This document shows, piece by piece, positions 41,500 to 54,265 of a DNA stretch of 64,000 nt. Positions within the stretch are counted from its first letter, which is position 1; each line of letters begins with the position of its first letter. The stretch lies in assembly GCF_009914755.1 (NCBI RefSeq), contig NC_060944.1. The stretch is one strand, 5' to 3'. The position numbers were made by a program, and so were the translations under genes. The notes beneath the pieces are model-generated. The model worked only from the letters and a program-made list of their open reading frames with translations. It was not told the origin of the DNA and did no database searches. Source of the stretch: the human T2T-CHM13v2.0 reference genome, Homo sapiens.

Positions 41500-42075
41500 A
41501 TTCATATACAGTGTCATACGCTGTCAGTGGAATTAAGCTAAATATTGACAAAACGTTAAATTAAAAATACCAAAATGGTAAGAAATTCAGAAATGACTTA
41601 AATACCTATGGATTTAAAAATACCATAATGGACATTATAAAGTATTTTGAAAATGAATGATAAAAATATTACGTATCGAAACCTATGGGATGCAGTTAAA
41701 GATGTACTCAGAGGGAAATGTATGCCTTAAATGCATGTATAAGAAACTAGAGAAGGCTGAAAATCCATGATCTAAACTTTCAGTTGAAGAAGCTAGAAAA
41801 AACTACAGCGAAAGTAAAACAAAGGTAATAAAGGTAAGATAAAAATTTCTGCGCTGGAAAACAAACACATAATAGAGAAATTCAATACTGCTGATCTTTA
41901 GATTCAGTGCAATAAAGATTCCAACAACTGTGTTTGTGTGTGTGTGTGTCTGTGTAAGGTACCAAGGAATTTTAAAAGTAATATGGAAAATGAAGGGGCC
42001 AAGAATTGTGAAGACAGCTTGAAGTTGCACACATCTGATAGACTTGTACTACTAAATATCAACATCTATTATAAG
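41500..42075 (+). mobile_element. Old L1M ORF2 fragments
   Basis: AAACCTATGGGATGCAGTTAAAG..GTACTCAGAGGGAAATGTAT; AAGAAGCTAGAAAAA; ATATGGAAAATGAAGGGGCCAAGAAT. Confidence 0.8.
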
Positions 42076-44110
42076 TAGGGGGTCTCACGGGCCAGTGTGC
42101 TCTGCACATGGCTGCTAGCCTTGGCTGTGTGGCTTTTCACATCAAGGGAATGGGAACTTCCGGAGGTCAGCCAACTCTGCAAATAACCAGTACTCAGATC
42201 CACTGAAGCCTACCTCCAGGAATCTGTTACATCTGAGACCAGGAAGGAGCTGTGAACATTAACGTTGATAAAGAAAAGCCCATTGAAGAGTCTTCCAGAG
42301 AGGGGAGGCAGAGCGAGATGGCTGAATAGAACCCTCCAGCAATCATCTTCCTCCTCTACCCTTGCAGGAACACAAAACTGAACAAATATCAACCCAAGAA
42401 AGCACCTTCATGAGAACCGAAAATTAGGTGAGTGATCACAGTACTTGGTTTTAACATCATATCAAGGGAAGAGACACTGAAAAGGGTAGGAAAGACAGCC
42501 AACACCACCCCTTCCTCATCCCCCAGCAGCAGTGGGCTGCTTGGCGCAGAGAGATAATTTGTGCTTGGGAAAAGGAGAGTGCAGTGATTGTAGGACTTTA
42601 CATTGCAACTCAGTGCTGCCCTGTCACAGCAGAAAGCAACACAGGGCAGAATTCAGCCAGTGCCCATGGAGGGAGCGTTTAGATCAGCCCTGGCCAAAGG
42701 GGAACCGTCCACACCAGCAGGCGGGTTTGAGCTAGCTCCACCACTACTGGCTGAAGTGCTCCATTGTAGTCCTTGTGGCCTAGACTGCCTTTCAGATAAA
42801 TTTGAAATAAATTTGCCTTTCAAAAAAATTTGAAAGGCAATCTAGGCTACAAGGACTACAATTCCTGGGCAAGCCCTGGTGCTGTGCTGAGCTCACAGCC
42901 AGTGGACTTGGGTGCACATGACCTAGTGAGACACAAGCTGAGGCAGCCAAAGGAATGCTTGTGTCACTCATCCTCCAACCTCAGGCAGTGCAGCTCACAG
43001 CACTGGGAAAGACTCCTTTCCCTTGTGGAAAGGAGAAGGAAAAGGAGTGGGGAGAATAAAGAGGACTTTGTTTTACAACGTGGATACCAGCTCAGTACCA
43101 CAGTAAAATAAAGCACCAGGCAGAGTCCTGAGGCCCCCATTCTGGGCCCTAGCTCCCAGATGACACTTCTAGATCTACCCTGGGCCAGAAGGGAACCCAC
43201 TGCCTTGAAGGGGAAGTATCTAGTCTTGGCAAGATTCATTACCTGTTGACCAAAGAGTCCTTGGGCCTTAATAAACATCAGTGGTAGCCAGGTAGTACTC
43301 TCCACAGGCCTCGGGTGAGACCCAGTTCTGTGCTGGCTTCAGGTGTGACTCACTGCATTCCCAGCTATGGTGGCTGAGAGAGATTCCTTCTGCTTAAGGA
43401 AAGGAGAGGGAAGGTTAAGAAGGACTTTGTCTTGCAACTTGGGTACCAGCTCAGCCACAGTAAAATAAAGCATGATGTAGATTCCTAAAGTTCCCAAATT
43501 CATGCCCTTGCTTCTTGACAGCATTTCTAGACCCACCTGGGTCAGAAGGGAACCTGCCACCCTGAAGGGAAAGACAGAAGCCTGGCTGGATTCACCACTT
43601 GCTAACTAAGGAGCCCTTGGGCCTTGAATCAGCAGTAGCCAGGCAATAGTCACCATGGGCCCTGGGCAAGTCCCAGTACTGTGCTGGCCTCGGGTCTCAC
43701 CCAGCATAGTCCCAGTGACGGCAGCTATAGGGGTATTTGTGTCATCCTCCATCCCAATTCCAGGCAGTTCAGCATGGAGAGAGAGACTCCATTTATTTGG
43801 CAGAGAGTAAGGGGAGAGAACAAGAGACTGCTGGTAATCTAGGGAATTCTTCTGGCTGTTACCCAAGACTACCAAGATGGCACCTCTATGAGTCATCAAA
43901 AATCATAGCATCACTAGGCTTGGAATGCCTCCTAATGCAGTTACAGCTGCAGTGACCAAAGATTAGATCACAACATTCATTTCCCTTTGAATGCTTGGAA
44001 AGCCTTCTCAGAAAGGTCGGGTACAAATAAGCCCAAACTGCAGAGGTTACAATAAATACCTAACTATTTAATATTCAGTGCTCAGACATTGACAAACAGA
44101 CACAAGCACC

Positions 44111-45030
44111 ATGGTCATCCAGGAAAACATAACCTCACCATATGCACTAAATAAGGCACCAGTGACCAATACTGGAGTGACAGTGATATGTGACCTTTCA
44201 GATGGAGAATTCAAAATAGCTGTTTTGAAGAAGCTCAGTGAAATTCAAGCTAACACAGAGAAGGAATTCAGAATCATATCAGATAAATTTAACAATGAAA
44301 TGGACATAATTTTTGAAAATCAAGTAGAAATTCTGGAGTGGAAAAATTCAACCAATATACCAAAGAATTCACCAGAGTCTCTCAACAGCAGAACTGATCA
44401 AGCAAAAGAAAGAATTAGTGAACTTGAAGACAGGGTATTTGAAAATACACAGTCACAGGAGACAAAAGGAAAAAAGAATAAAAAAGAATGAAGCACACCT
44501 ATAGGATCGAGAAAATAGTTTCAAATGGGAAAATCTAAGAGTTATTGGCCTTAAAGAAAAGGTAGAGAGTAAGATTGGGGTAGAAAGTTTATTTAAAGGG
44601 ATAATAACAGAGAACTTTCCATGCCTAGAGAAAGATATCAACGTGCAAGTACAAGAAGGTTATAGAACGCCAAGCAACTTTAACCCAAAGAAGACTACAT
44701 CAAGGCATTTAATAGTCAAACTCCCAAAGGTCAAGGTTAAAGAAAGGGTTCTAAAAGCAGCAGGAGAAAAGAAACAACTAACATACAATGGAGCTCCAAT
44801 ATGTCTGGCAGCAGACTTCTCAATGGCAGCCTTACAGGCCAGGAGAGAGTGGCATGGCATATTTAAAGTGCTGAAGGCAAAAAGCTTTTATCCTAGAATA
44901 GTAAGTATCTCCAGTGAAAATATCCTTCAAACATGAAGGAGAAATAAAGACTTTCCCAAACAAACAAAAGCTGAGGGATTTCATCAACAGCAGACCTGTC
45001 CTACAAGAAATGCTAAGGGAACTCTTCAGC
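44111..45030 (+). pseudogene. Disrupted L1 ORF1p
   Basis: Fragments DLSDGEFKIAVLKKLSEIQ, ERISELEDR and RHLIVKLPKVKVKERVLKAAGEKKQLTYNGAPICLAADFS, separated by frameshifts and stops. Confidence 0.92.
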
Positions 45031-45255
45031 CTGAGATAAAAGGACATTAATAAGCAATAGGAAATCATCTGAAGGCACAAAACTCATTGGGAGTAGTAAG
45101 TACACAGACAAATGCAGAATAGTATAACACTCATTGTGGTGTGTAATGGTGTGTAAACTACTCATCTTCAGTAGGAAGACTCAAAGCTGAACCTATCAAA
45201 AGTAATAACAAGAACAACTTTTCAAGACACTGACAGTATAATATGTGAACATATA

Positions 45256-45530
<275 letters not shown>

Positions 45531-45699
45531 AAGATATACATAGAAACAACAAAAAGTTAAAAAGCAGGAGAATGAAGTTAAAATGTAGAGTTTTTATTAG
45601 TTTTCTTTTTGCCTTTTTGTTTTTGCAATCAGTGTTAAGTTGTCATCAATCTAAAATAATGGCTTATTTGCAAGCCTCATGGTAACCTCAGATTAAATG

Positions 45700-46090
45700 T
45701 TAAAACACAAAATAGCAATGCAAAGGCATGAACAAAATTTTGTATGCAATATGGGTAGGTTTCAAAAGTATAATCTTGAATGATGAAAAGTTGCAGAATA
45801 ATGCATTCAGTATGATACAATTTAAAGATATAAAAGCAATACTGTATATTGTTCAGGGCTATATATCTGTACAAACTTTAAGCAATTGGCTGAAGGGATG
45901 CATACTAAATTCATCATTGCAGTTACTCTTGGAAAGTGGAATTTGACTGGGAACCAAGAGGACTTAATTTTATCTGTAATGGTTTCTTTCAGATGAAAAA
46001 ATAAAAGGCTTAAAGCCTTGAAGGGCAAATATCAACTGAATTCATGATGATGATTGGGATAGAAGAATACTTTTCTACATTAAATTTTTT
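45700..46090 (+). mobile_element. Old L1ME-like 3' remnant
   Basis: TAATCTTGAATGATGAAAAG...CATTCAGTATGATAC...TAAAAGCAATACTGTATATTGTTCAGGG. Confidence 0.6.
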
Positions 46091-46220
46091 TTATTTTCCT
46101 CAGAAAGCAAAACAAAACACAAACAAACAAATAAAATCTATTATGAATGATTGGGACTGGGTATAAATGAGGTGTTTGGAATTCTGGTGATGTTCTATAA
46201 CTTCATCAAGAGGTAGAAAC

Positions 46221-46545
<325 letters not shown>

Positions 46546-47580
46546 TAGAAACATGGAAATGTTCATTTTGTGAAAGTTCATCCAGCCATACAAGGTAGGA
46601 TTGGTCCACTTTGTTGTATGTGTGTTATCCTTAGGTGGAAATTTCTGGAGCAAATATGGCAAAATAAGAAAATTTGACGTAGTCTGACATAAAACTTGAC
46701 ATACACAGATTATTCTTTATGCTTTTCTAAAAGCTTGTGATATTTTAATAACTTCAAAAGAGATGGTTCATTAATAAAAATATTTTGATTTTGGCTGTAT
46801 TTTGATTGCAAATCTGTGTACTGCAAAACAATCTCATTACTTGCTTTTTCTGTACCATACCATGATTTTCACTTCATCACACCTTAGCAAAAGCTGTTGG
46901 GGAATGAGAAGACATGAATGGTCTGGTAAATGCTGTTGATTATGAAATCCTCTGTACCTATGATCTCAAGAATAATGGTGGGGTTCTGGACGGAGAAGGT
47001 TAGAAAGATAGCAGGTAGGAAGTCTCAACAGTAATAGAAAATGGCTGTTTGGGAAATGCAAGGACCCAGAACCCTCCTAGTACTGCAGCTGTCGGTGAGT
47101 AAATGTTCATTTGATAAGCTACCAGATCACCTCTCAAAGTGATTTTGTCCAAGGGCAGTCCACTCAACACTCAATTACGCAGGGACTGAGTATACAGGAC
47201 TTCAATTTTCTCCTTCCTTTTGAGAACCACTATCCAAAGGATAAAAGAAAAGTAGCACAGCACTCTGCTCTGTCATGATTATTGTTTACCTTTGGCTAAG
47301 AGGTGTCATCTCTCCAGCTTTCCTCTAAAACTTTAGGGTCTAATGGTCAAATCCCAGGACCAAACTCCAGGTGTTTAACTGTTGCATTTAAAATGTATTT
47401 ATAACATATTATTATTATTATTTTGTCATTGGTTTGCAAGTACGCTGCAATATGCTATGTCCATTTTCCGTTTGACTAAATCAATTTGAAAACAAAAGTT
47501 TAAAAATCTAAACTGTGGGTTTTCTAGGGGGATTTATGTTTTAAGGAGTGATAATGAGGTCTAGAACATGTTATCTTATT

Positions 47581-47825
47581 TTTTGTTTTTTTTTAATTTT
47601 TATTTCTGTAGGTTTTTTGGGAACTGGTGCTATTTGGTTACATGAGTAAGTTCTTTAGTGGTGATTGGTGAGATTTTGGTGCACCCATCACCCAAGCAGT
47701 ATACACTCAACACAATTTGTAGTGTTTTATCCCTCACTCCCTCTCATCCTTTCCCCCAAGTCCCCACTGTCCATTGTATCATTCTTATGCCTTTGCATCC
47801 TCATAGCTTAGCGCGTGTGCATGCC

Positions 47826-47868
<43 letters not shown>

Positions 47869-48356
47869 TACAATTCCTTTATCCACTAGTTGATTGATTG
47901 GCATTCGGGCTGGTTTCATATTTTTGCAATTGTGAATTGTGCTGCTATAAACATGCATGCACAACTATCTTTTTCATATAATGACTTCTTGTCCTCTGGG
48001 TAAATACCCAGTAGTGGGATTACTGGATCAAATGGTAGATCTACTTTTAGTTCTTTAAGGAATCTCTGTACTGTTTGCCGTAGTGGTTGTAATAGTTTAC
48101 ATTCCCACCAGCAGTGTAGACATGTTCCTTTTTCACCATATCCACACAAACATCTAGTATTTTTTTGTTTTTTTTGGCTATGGCCATTCTTTTAGGAGTA
48201 GGGTGGTATCACATTGTGGCTTTGATTTGCATTTCCCTGATCATTCATGATGTTGAGCATTTTTCATATCTTTTTTGGCCATTTGTATCTTCTTTTGAGA
48301 ATTGTCTATTCATGTCCTTAGCCCACTTTTCGATGGGATTGTTTGTTTTTTTCTTG
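47581..48356 (-). mobile_element. L1PB (L1PB1-like) 3' end, 5'-truncated, with internal (CA)n
   Basis: TTTGGTTACATGAGTAAGTTCTTTAGTGGTGAT...GGTGCACCCATCACCC; TSD TAGAACATGTT..CTTATT; reverse frame carries ORF2 C-terminal motifs (LHCWWECKL, MFIAAQFTIAK). Confidence 0.92.
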
Positions 48357-48496
48357 TAGAACATGTTCCCTTATTGATTGGTTTTCACATTCTTATGATC
48401 AATGACGATATCATTATCACCAAGAATTTGCTTAATACTTGGTGCCTACCCAGCCTGATATTAAACACAGGGTGGGGAAAAAGTTAGTTTTAATGT

Positions 48497-49115
48497 AGGT
48501 GCAGACTCAAATTCCTATGGGGACCGGTGAGGTAACCTAAATGAGCAAAATGGTCAGGGTGTAAGAAAAAAGCCAAGAAACCGCCATGATAAATGGAACT
48601 GTATTTGCCTCAGTGCCCTGAAGACAATTGGGAGTAGTGTTAAACCGGAAACTTCTGAATCAGACACGCTCCACTCTACTTCCAGCTGATTGTAGCCATA
48701 CAGGAATTTGGGCCCACTATTGTCAAATCTTGATTTTTCAAGAGAAACATGGAATATCTCTCTTTTAAAAAATATGAAATTTTTCCATTTTGGAACCAAT
48801 CCAATTAGAAAGTAACAAACACACATTTTACAGCATGTGTCTGTACAGTGTGTGTTACTTCCTAATTGGATTAATTTTGTTACTTTCTAATTTGATTGGT
48901 TTTGCTAACAGTAATTTTCTATTACTGTTGAGAGTTCTTACTTGCCATCAATCTAAACCTCTCTGTCCAGAACCCACCATTATTATTGAGATCATAGGTA
49001 CAGAGGATTTCATAATTAACAGCATTTATCAGACCATTCATGTCTTCCATATGGGCCAAACAAAATGCTTCTAAGGGCTGTTTTTGGCATAATCCTATGA
49101 ACCTCAGCTTTCCAA
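48497..49115. mobile_element. MER102-like hAT element split by non-repeat sequence (approx. 48794-49030)
   Basis: AGACTCAAATTCCTATGGGGACC..GGTAACCTAAATG; AATTTGGGCCCA..TGTCAAATCTTGATTTTTCAAGAGAA; GGGCCAAACAAAA. Confidence 0.7.
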
Positions 49116-49411
49116 TGTAGTCAGGGGAAATAAGACACACAATTTATGTAAAAAGGATATGAAACAACAGTAAGTGCTGCATGCATTCCTCTTTTTATTC
49201 ATTCAAACAATAGCATTTATTAAGGGCCTTCTAGCTTCCTTGCCCTGTGTGAGTTACTAGGGTTACAAAAATGAACAAAATTATTTTGTATTGTCAAGCA
49301 GCCCGGTCTGGGAAAAGAAACATATCATTAGATTTGTTATTAAACAGATCATAAGAGTCTAATAATAATTGGGACAATTAGTATGGTAGAATTTCAAAGT
49401 ATAGAGACTTT

Positions 49412-50107
49412 TGAAACTGTCTTTGCATAAATTATATCATTGAGAAAAATTATATCCAACAGTAAGCTGAGCTAACCCACTCCCTATCTTGCCTTTCCCT
49501 TAATTATTCCTGGGCTTTTGGGCCAAGCTAACTTTGGAAGACATTTGGGCTATAGTTTAAATGATAATAGGCCTTGCCCCCAAACTCAAACACTTTTATA
49601 AAGCTAATGTAAGGCTACAGGCTGGAGAGAGGAGGGAAGCCTGAGGCCTGCTAAGGTATAGACATAAATGATTGTCAGCCACTATTCCAGAGGTTATAAA
49701 ACATGCAACTTCCCCAGTTACTCCTGTAATAACTTCACTATTGTAGAACCTAAGATTGGCCTTTTGAGATATCTTTTCAGGTTTTTTTGCATGTCTGACA
49801 CCTGTGGTTCCATCTGGACCTGCCAATCTGACCCCTGTGGCCCCACCCAGAAGGTGTTCAGCATGTAGATGGACAGCTTTGACCTCCTGCGAGTTCATCT
49901 CCACCCCAACAAATCAGCAGCAAGCACCCATTACCTGGCCAACACCACCCCTTCCCTCAAACTGCCTTAAAAAAGGCCTAACCGGGGAGCTTTGGACAAG
50001 AATGGTTTGAGTACTAACTCTCTCCCATGTGGTGTGGCTGTCCTCATGTCTATTAAACTCTTTCAACTACCATGCCAAGGTCTTTCTTTATGCAGCAGGC
50101 AGTTACA
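49412..50107 (+). mobile_element. ERV1 solo LTR (LTR8/MER39 group)
   Basis: TGAAACTGTCTTTGCA...CACTATTGTAGAACCTAAGATTGGCCTTTTGAGATATCTTTTCAG...ATTAAACTCTTT...GTTACA; TSD CTTT/CTTC. Confidence 0.85.
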
Positions 50108-51984
50108 CTTCGCTGACATTTTTCTTAAGGTCATGGGAAATAATTAGCTTCTCTTTAAATTGTATAAATATATCCCCTCTATCTGGACTACACTTTAGTC
50201 AGGTTGACAGAAGCAGAAACAAGTCATAAAAGTACCTTACAGTCAACTTCTAAAGGAAGTACTGTCATAGAAGTGTGAGATTTCCTAGGAGCTGTTGTTA
50301 TTAACCAATAGTTTTAACACCCTTTTAAAGCATATCATCAATTATACTAAGTACACAGGGCTATTTATTTTAAATGGGTGTACTACCAGATAGCTATCTA
50401 TTTATCAATATGCACACAAACACATACATTCATTTACATAGTATTTTATTTCTTTTGCCACTAAAGACATTCTTACTTTAGCTACAAGTTAAATAACAGC
50501 AACGGCCACTTTTTTTTTTCTCACCTGCAAACTGTGGTGCAGATGGAAAGAAGGCACTTAAGTGAATAAGCTGTTTTTAATTCTAGAACTCTTTGGTTGT
50601 GATAAAAATGGAAACTATGTGCTCTAGAAAAGCTGAGTAAATTCAAACTGTTTACTGTTAAATGCAACTTATTTGTCAATTTAGGCAGTAAAGGTCTGAA
50701 CACTCAAATTCTGTGAATGTCCTTATAAGCATTCACTTTGATGTGTAAAACTTTGTAGACTTGAAGGAGGGAGTGTTTGATTTCCATATACTTCCAAATA
50801 TTCCCTTCAGGCAGTTTCCTCCAAAGTTGGAATATTGTGGCGAGTAAGGAGGAAGTTAAGGATTGCTCTCTGAAAGTTATTTTGTCTTTCTAGGTGGAAC
50901 AACAATGTATTCATTAGTGATAACAATCTAGATATGAATGATGTAATGAAGTATCGGTTGAACTAATGAGATGGGAAGCTACAATAACCTATTGACTATT
51001 TTGCTAAATAATATCGCCACCTTCAAACATAAAAACAATTGTTGAAAAAGCTTCTGTCAAAAATAAACCCTTCAATATTTTATGACAGGTATTATTGACA
51101 GAATAGAAGAGACTGGAATTTCCTATCACTGTGGTTGGCTTTAAAGAATACAACTTTTAACACATTTTTCATCTCTGTAATAATACAGTAATGATTAAAT
51201 TCCCCTTAAAAAGCCCAAGGCATCTATTTGTTTCATGGAAACTTCCAAGTGTCCTCTGTACAGACTTGTTCAAGTGGGAGTTCATAAGTGCAAGAACAGT
51301 AAACTTCAGCTTATCTAACATGGCCAAGGAATGGTATGTTCTACTTAATCAAATATTCTTGTTGTTGGAGAGCTGTTTCACATACCACGCATTTTAATTT
51401 TCAAAGAGTAACCTTTGGTTAGCATTAAAGCTGCACTCACATAGCCTATAGTTTGCTTTGATGCAGTAATAGAAGCTCATCTCCTTTATCCCCCACAAGG
51501 TAGTTCTTCTATCTTTAGGTGCTTTCCAGGATTTGGCCAGAATTTACCCATGGACCCCTCCTATTGTAGTTCTCAAATTGCGAATTCTGAGATTCACTGA
51601 GAGTCATCCAAGCTCTCAGTGGATCTCAGAATTTTTGCTCTGCCTCAAACCAGCCTACCAAACGTTTATTCTTTATGTGTGACTGGTTGGCTGCTTGTGG
51701 AACCAGTTTGAGCTTCAGTCTTTTAGTTGATAACTGTGTAAACATACTAACTATCCTTGAATAATAGTTGATTGAAAGAGCCGATTTTGCCTCTTATGAT
51801 TTAATTAAAATAAAGGATTTGGAATCATATAATGATATAAACTTTTGTAATATATAAGGACTCTACCTGACATATCGTCTCTAGCCTAAATGCTTTATTA
51901 TAAACACAATAGTTGCATTCTTGAGTGACTGTTGTATTCTGTGCACTATACTAGGTGCTTTACAGAAGTTATCTCCAGGACTCA

Positions 51985-52009
51985 TTAAAAAGACACAAAG
52001 AATGCATTT

Positions 52010-52069
<60 letters not shown>

Positions 52070-52535
52070 TTGGAATATTATGCAACCTTAAAAAGAGGGA
52101 AATCCTGGAGGATATTATGCTAAGTGAAATAAGCCAGACAAAGAAAAATAGATCCATGACCTCACTTTAATGTGGAATTTTAAAAAGCTGAATTCATAGA
52201 AACAGACAATAGAAAGGTGGTTATGGGGTTGGGGCAGGGGAACGGGGAGATGTTGGTCAAAGGGTACAAACTTGTAATTATAAAATGAGTAGGTTCTGGA
52301 GACCTAATTTATAGCATGGTGACTATAGTTAATACATTATATACTTAAAATTTGCTAAGCGAGTATAACAAGTATTCCCACCACAAAAAAAGGTAACTAT
52401 CTGAGGTGATGCATATGTTAATTAGCTTGATTGTGGTAATCATTTCACAATGTATATGTATATCAAAACTTCGTGCTGTATACCTTGCATATATATATTT
52501 TTTATTTATCAGTTATATCTACAAGCTGAAAAAAA
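51985..52535 (+). mobile_element. L1MA (MA8-10-like) 3' end with (TA)n(TG)n at 52009-52066
   Basis: ATTATGCTAAGTGAAATAAGCCAGACA; GGTCAAAGGGTACAAA; AGCATGGTGACTATAGTTAATA; ATGTTAATTAGCTTGATTGTGG. Confidence 0.9.
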
Positions 52536-52966
52536 TACACACAAATAAACAAAGCAAAACAAAACTGTAAGATAAATTTAATAGAAGCTTTGGAAATTAC
52601 TGCCCTATGAGATCATCAGCAGAGGAGCGGGTCTTCCATTCTTCCTGTACAATGTCTGCTGTTGGGTCACTGCACACTGCTCTCGGGCTGGCTGCCTACT
52701 CTTTAGAAAGTCTGGGTACTTCACTCCCACCAACTGAGAAGTGTGCTTATTAAGATCCAGTTTGCTCTCAAACCTGTTTATGTCAACTGACATTGAATAA
52801 TTTCAACATAAGGTGAACAAAAAGAGTGTTTTTTTAAAAATGAACATAAAGTCTAAGGCTTTGCAAAATTTTGATAAAAGCCAATTGCTTTAAAAAAAAT
52901 ACTGTCAAAGTAGGTTTGGGTGAGACCCCTGTAGAGGACTGGGGGAAACCATAAAAACCCAGGAGA

Positions 52967-53309
<343 letters not shown>

Positions 53310-53419
53310 TCATACATTATATACTCTCTTGTTCAATTTTAGAGATAATGGAAATTGTAATAATGCATCATGAGTGAGGTTAGTACAAGAATGAGAACTT
53401 GGAACTCTAACTGGTGGAC

Positions 53420-53930
53420 TATGTCACTCAGGGTTCAGGTGCAGGAAACAGAAACCACTTTAGGTATTTTAAGTTAAAGGGATTTAATATAGGCAATTAG
53501 GTCCTCAGGATATAGGATTTTTAAAAAGGGCAGGAGGATGAGACTCTTTTCTGGCCTGCCAGGAATGACTCCCGGAACAAATACTCTGGAACTGGGCCAC
53601 CAGGGTTGCTGCCACCTCTTTGTGATCATGACAGTGGAAAATCAGGGGGCGTCTACCTCCAACACCACATGTGCCTTTTAACACTCTCAGGGACATTGCT
53701 TCAGGAAACCCCAATAACTCTGGGGCCAGGCTTGCCCATCCAAAACAGCCAAGAGTTTCTGTCCTCCATTCATCTTCCTTGTGCAGGCCAGGGGAACCCT
53801 GATTTGCATTCAGAATCCTAACTCCAAAGAAATGTAGGATCTGGAGGGTTTTGCTGTTCATCCTCTGTAGTACAGGAAAGCACAGTAGAAGAGGTGTGGG
53901 ATTGAAGCTGAGTATCAAACTCCCTATCAA
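53420..53930 (-). mobile_element. Old MaLR LTR (MLT1M/N/O-like)
   Basis: TCAGGGTTCAGGTGCAGGAAACAGAAACCAC..AGGTATTTTAAG; strongly diverged. Confidence 0.55.
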
Positions 53931-54082
53931 ATTCCCCTAGAAAAGAACTGGCTTTCTTTCTATGAAAATAAGTTGGTGAATTAACGTGCTATTAGTTCTT
54001 TATTAAAATAAAACTTTTGATATGTAGCCTATTTTACTGACCAATTATAAGATTATTTAAAATCTTATAGAATTATTAAAAT

Positions 54083-54265
54083 GGGCAGGCTTAGTGGCTC
54101 ACATCTGTAATCCCAGCACTTTAGGAGGCCAAGGCAGGAGGATTGCTGGAACCCAGGAGTTTGGGACCAGCTTAGGCAACATAGGGAGACTCTGTCTTAT
54201 AGATGCTGTCTCCAAATAAGGTCACATTCTGAGCTACTGAAGGTTAGGACTTCCACATACCTTGT
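54083..54265. mobile_element. FLAM-like Alu arm fused to an MLT1A/B LTR fragment
   Basis: Alu 54083-54198, then TCTCCAAATAAGGTCACATTCTGAG...GGTTAGGACTTC. Confidence 0.8.

Noticed and set aside
43011-43830. Approx. 370-400 bp direct repeats as a novel array
   Set aside because: Explained by the repeated 5' UTR modules of this L1 lineage
46888-47100. Plus-strand donor TCG|GTGAGT near 47095 and isolated acceptors (approx. 30276, 32106, 50893)
   Set aside because: No convincing paired splice sites or reading frame; too weak without RNA data
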